Assembly (NCBI GenBank): GCA_041744215.1
Contig: JBGTLG010000039.1
Span: 1 to 64,000, forward strand
DNA from: Fimbriimonadales bacterium
Lineage (GTDB): Bacteria; Armatimonadota; Fimbriimonadia; Fimbriimonadales; ATM1
Direction of reading: 5' to 3'
DNA: 64,000 nt
Both the position numbers and the translations under genes were made by a program. How positions within the stretch are numbered: the first letter of the stretch is position 1; every line of letters begins with the position of its first letter. This document shows positions 61,516-64,000 of this stretch, in pieces. Under the pieces are notes generated by a model. It was not told the DNA's origin and made no database searches. It worked only from the letters and a program-made list of their open reading frames with translations.

Positions 61516-62559
61516 TCACGATTCTGACAGACGTGAAAGCCTCTGAGTGCACAGGTTGGGATCATGTCGGACGCTCAGCGATTCAACCACTGCCATTTGC
61601 TTATGTTCTGTTGAACCCGGGTTAGGAGCCGGCAATGGCCGAAGTTGCAGTATCACTGCCATGTACGATACATACAGTGCGATAAGGAGCACACTGCGTG
61701 ATCTCGGGATGCTTCCGGACCTTCGTGGGTAGGCGCACAACAGGACCACGATACCAAAGATGATGCCGATGCTCAGTTCTCTGAGCTCTATGCTGATTGG
61801 ATGAATCGACCCAGCAATCGGAACCACAAAGAGGACGTTGAAGATATTGCTCCCTATCACCGTGCCCAATCCAACTTCATCATGACCCTTTAGCCTGGAA
61901 ATCATTACTGTCGCCAACTCTGGGATCGTAGTTCCTATGGCGACAAGCGTCGCGCCAACGACGAACGTATCCAGCCCAAACAACTCACCGACGCCTGCCG
62001 CCCCAATCACGATTGTGTGCCCCGCGACTCCAAGAAGTGCAAGGCCGACGACACACCAAACAATTATCAAGGAGTGGTTGACTTCGCCTAGAGTTTCGAC
62101 TACGCTGCTCCTCTGTCTCCGCGCCTCGATTATCACCGCTGTGAGCCAACCGAAGAAAAGCAGAATCATGATCGCAGAGTCCAACCGTGAGAGCTGACCA
62201 TCGACTGCGAACAGAATCAGGACGACTGGAGCAAGCACCGCGACAGGAAACTCGCGCTTCAAAGTGCCGCGGGTGGCAGTGATGGAGGACATGAAGAGCG
62301 CAATCGCTAGGATGAGCGCGACGTTCGAGACGTTGCTCCCGATCGCGTTGCCAAGCGATATCTGGGGCTCCTTCGCAAGGCCGGAGGAGACGGCTACGGC
62401 GACCTCAGCGCTCGACGTAGCGAACGCCGCAACGGTTGCGCCGATGATTCCGGGCGATACCCGGGCCCAATGGGCGAGGCCGACTGCCCCACGGACAAAC
62501 AACTCACCCCCAAGGCCCGCACAGACGAAGCCGATCGCGAGCGCAAGCCAAGGGTTCAT
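61516..62559 (-). CDS. Calcium/sodium antiporter (YrbG-like)
   Basis: ATSSAE...GSNVSN and GTTIPE...GSNIFN alpha repeats. Confidence 0.9.
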   Translation of the reverse strand: MNPWLALAIGFVCAGLGGELFVRGAVGLAHWARVSPGIIGATVAAFATSSAEVAVAVSSGLAKEPQISLGNAIGSNVSNVALILAIALFMSSITATRGTLKREFPVAVLAPVVLILFAVDGQLSRLDSAIMILLFFGWLTAVIIEARRQRSSVVETLGEVNHSLIIVWCVVGLALLGVAGHTIVIGAAGVGELFGLDTFVVGATLVAIGTTIPELATVMISRLKGHDEVGLGTVIGSNIFNVLFVVPIAGSIHPISIELRELSIGIIFGIVVLLCAYPRRSGSIPRSRSVLLIALYVSYMAVILQLRPLPAPNPGSTEHKQMAVVESLSVRHDPNLCTQRLSRLSES

Positions 62560-62660
62560 CGACGCGCATTTTAGCGTCCGGCGCGTGATAAGTTTCGGAT
62601 GATAGACTCCAGCCCCAACCAGGCGGTATAATTGCGGCTCATTCATCCGAGGTCGATCCC

Positions 62661-62795
62661 ATGAAGCGAACCTACCAACCCAACAATCGGCACAAGCACA
62701 AGACCCACGGATTCCGGACTCGCATGAAGACCCGGAACGGTCAAAACGTGCTTAAGCGGCGGCGGCAGAAAGGTCGCCACAAGCTTGCTGCCTAA
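62661..62795 (+). CDS. rpmH: 50S ribosomal protein L34
   Basis: [44 protein letters not shown]. Confidence 0.97.
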   Translation: MKRTYQPNNRHKHKTHGFRTRMKTRNGQNVLKRRRQKGRHKLAA

Positions 62796-63108
62796 GAGCC
62801 GCCGCTTGCGAGCGAAGGCTGACTTCGAACGAGTTTTCAGGGCCGGGCAGGTCGTAGACCGCCCAGAACTGCGTATAATCTGGTGCCGAGGCGACGGTAA
62901 AGCCGCCGTTGTCGCGGCTAAGGCGATAGGAAGCCTAGCTCACCGCAACCGGGTGCGGAGACGCTGGCGGGAAGCACTCAGGCTGATGGTCGATCGCCTC
63001 CCCGGAGACGTTGACATGGTAGTTCTTGTGAAGCCACGGGGCCTGGCTATCCAAGGGCAGCGGGCTGTTGAACTCCTGGGCGACGCGCTCGGACTGCTAC
63101 CGAATTGA
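62785..63108 (+). CDS. rnpA: Ribonuclease P protein
   Basis: RL...DFERVF, RNRVRR motif; follows rpmH. Confidence 0.9.
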   Translation: MLPKSRRLRAKADFERVFRAGQVVDRPELRIIWCRGDGKAAVVAAKAIGSLAHRNRVRRRWREALRLMVDRLPGDVDMVVLVKPRGLAIQGQRAVELLGDALGLLPN

Positions 63109-63323
63109 GACAGTTGGGAACAAAGATGGGTGTTGGCCTCATCAGGCTCTACCAGCGGGGCACACGCTGGAAGCCGGCTGTGTGCCGATTCACGCCCACC
63201 TGCTCACAATACACTTTGGAGGCGATACAGAAGTACGGATTGATGAAAGGAAGTTGGATGGGTGTTCGACGCATCGCGCGTTGTCATCCATGGCATCCTG
63301 GCGGATTCGATCCGGTACCCTGA
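63105..63323 (+). CDS. yidD: Membrane protein insertion efficiency factor
   Basis: [24 protein letters not shown]. Confidence 0.95.
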   Translation: MRQLGTKMGVGLIRLYQRGTRWKPAVCRFTPTCSQYTLEAIQKYGLMKGSWMGVRRIARCHPWHPGGFDPVP

Positions 63324-63337
63324 GGCTCGGCTAACTT

Positions 63338-64000
63338 ATGGCGCAACCTTCTCCTAGAAGCAACTTCATCACCATGCTTATGGTGATGGCCGTGGTTTTC
63401 CTCGGCTACAACCTTTTTTGCGGACAACGAGGAACTCCAGCACCGACTGAACAGCTGCGAGACAACTACATCAAGGCCGTTGAGGCGAACTCTCCGCAGC
63501 AGATCATTGAGAATGGTGTGGCTTATGGGCAGCGGCTGCGAACTGAAGCAGACGCGTTCGAGGGGGACCGAAAGCAGAGAGCGATCTCGGAGGCGCGACA
63601 GATTGAACTAGCGGTTGCCGATGCGCAGTTTAAAGACGCCGAGGCGCGTCAGGATTTCAACGTTGCAATCATGGCCTATCAGGCATTCGATCGCCTTGCG
63701 CTCGACGCGGAAGGCACTGAGGTTGGCGCGAAAGCGGCTGAGCGGAAACTCGCTAGTCGGGACTTAGCGACTAAGCTGCCAAAGAGCCCGATCATCCAAG
63801 TTGGATACGATTTCATCAACTGGCTAGTCAGCGCGACTGGAAGGGTCCCAGCGTTCAGCTTCTGGTTCGCCGCGCTAATCTTGGCCCTTATCGTTCGCGC
63901 ACTCGTTTGGCCCCTGGCGACCAAACAAATCATGGGCTTCAAGCGCATGGGACTTCTCCAGCCGATGATTAAAGAGCTTCAAGAGAAGTACCAGGGCGCA
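63338..64000 (+). CDS. yidC: YidC/Oxa1 insertase (3' end outside window)
   Basis: Manual translation ending ...LIVRALVWPLATKQ...LQPMIKELQEKY; operon position. Confidence 0.88.
   Translation, partial: MAQPSPRSNFITMLMVMAVVFLGYNLFCGQRGTPAPTEQLRDNYIKAVEANSPQQIIENGVAYGQRLRTEADAFEGDRKQRAISEARQIELAVADAQFKDAEARQDFNVAIMAYQAFDRLALDAEGTEVGAKAAERKLASRDLATKLPKSPIIQVGYDFINWLVSATGRVPAFSFWFAALILALIVRALVWPLATKQIMGFKRMGLLQPMIKELQEKYQGA

Overview
Gene-dense, moderately GC-rich bacterial chromosomal segment (gene content and secreted-protein style suggest Armatimonadota/Fimbriimonadia; tentative inference). About 60 CDS and 3 tRNAs (Ile2-CAT, Thr-GGT, Tyr-GTA); no rRNA, CRISPR array, transposase or prophage seen. 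Housekeeping genes: rpoB, rpoC, holA, ligA, metG, glmS, mqnE, moaDE, rpmH-rnpA-yidD-yidC and an actinobacterial-type sdh operon. Most striking: (1) an rpoB-ORF-rpoC unit outside the usual ribosomal-protein context that keeps its catalytic residues but has concerted substitutions in near-invariant mobile elements (bridge helix, trigger helices, F-loop, fork loop 2, rifamycin pocket, switch 1), a ~90-aa trigger-loop insertion and a small basic gene between the subunits; (2) a 21-aa, 8-Cys metallothionein-like peptide missed by the ORF track, co-transcribed with an ArsR/SmtB repressor under a palindromic operator; (3) many apparently leaderless genes; (4) an SD-sequestering leader before a histone-H1-like small protein. 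Family assignments come from motif recognition by eye, and reference motifs and E. coli numbering are recalled from memory; no searches were run.
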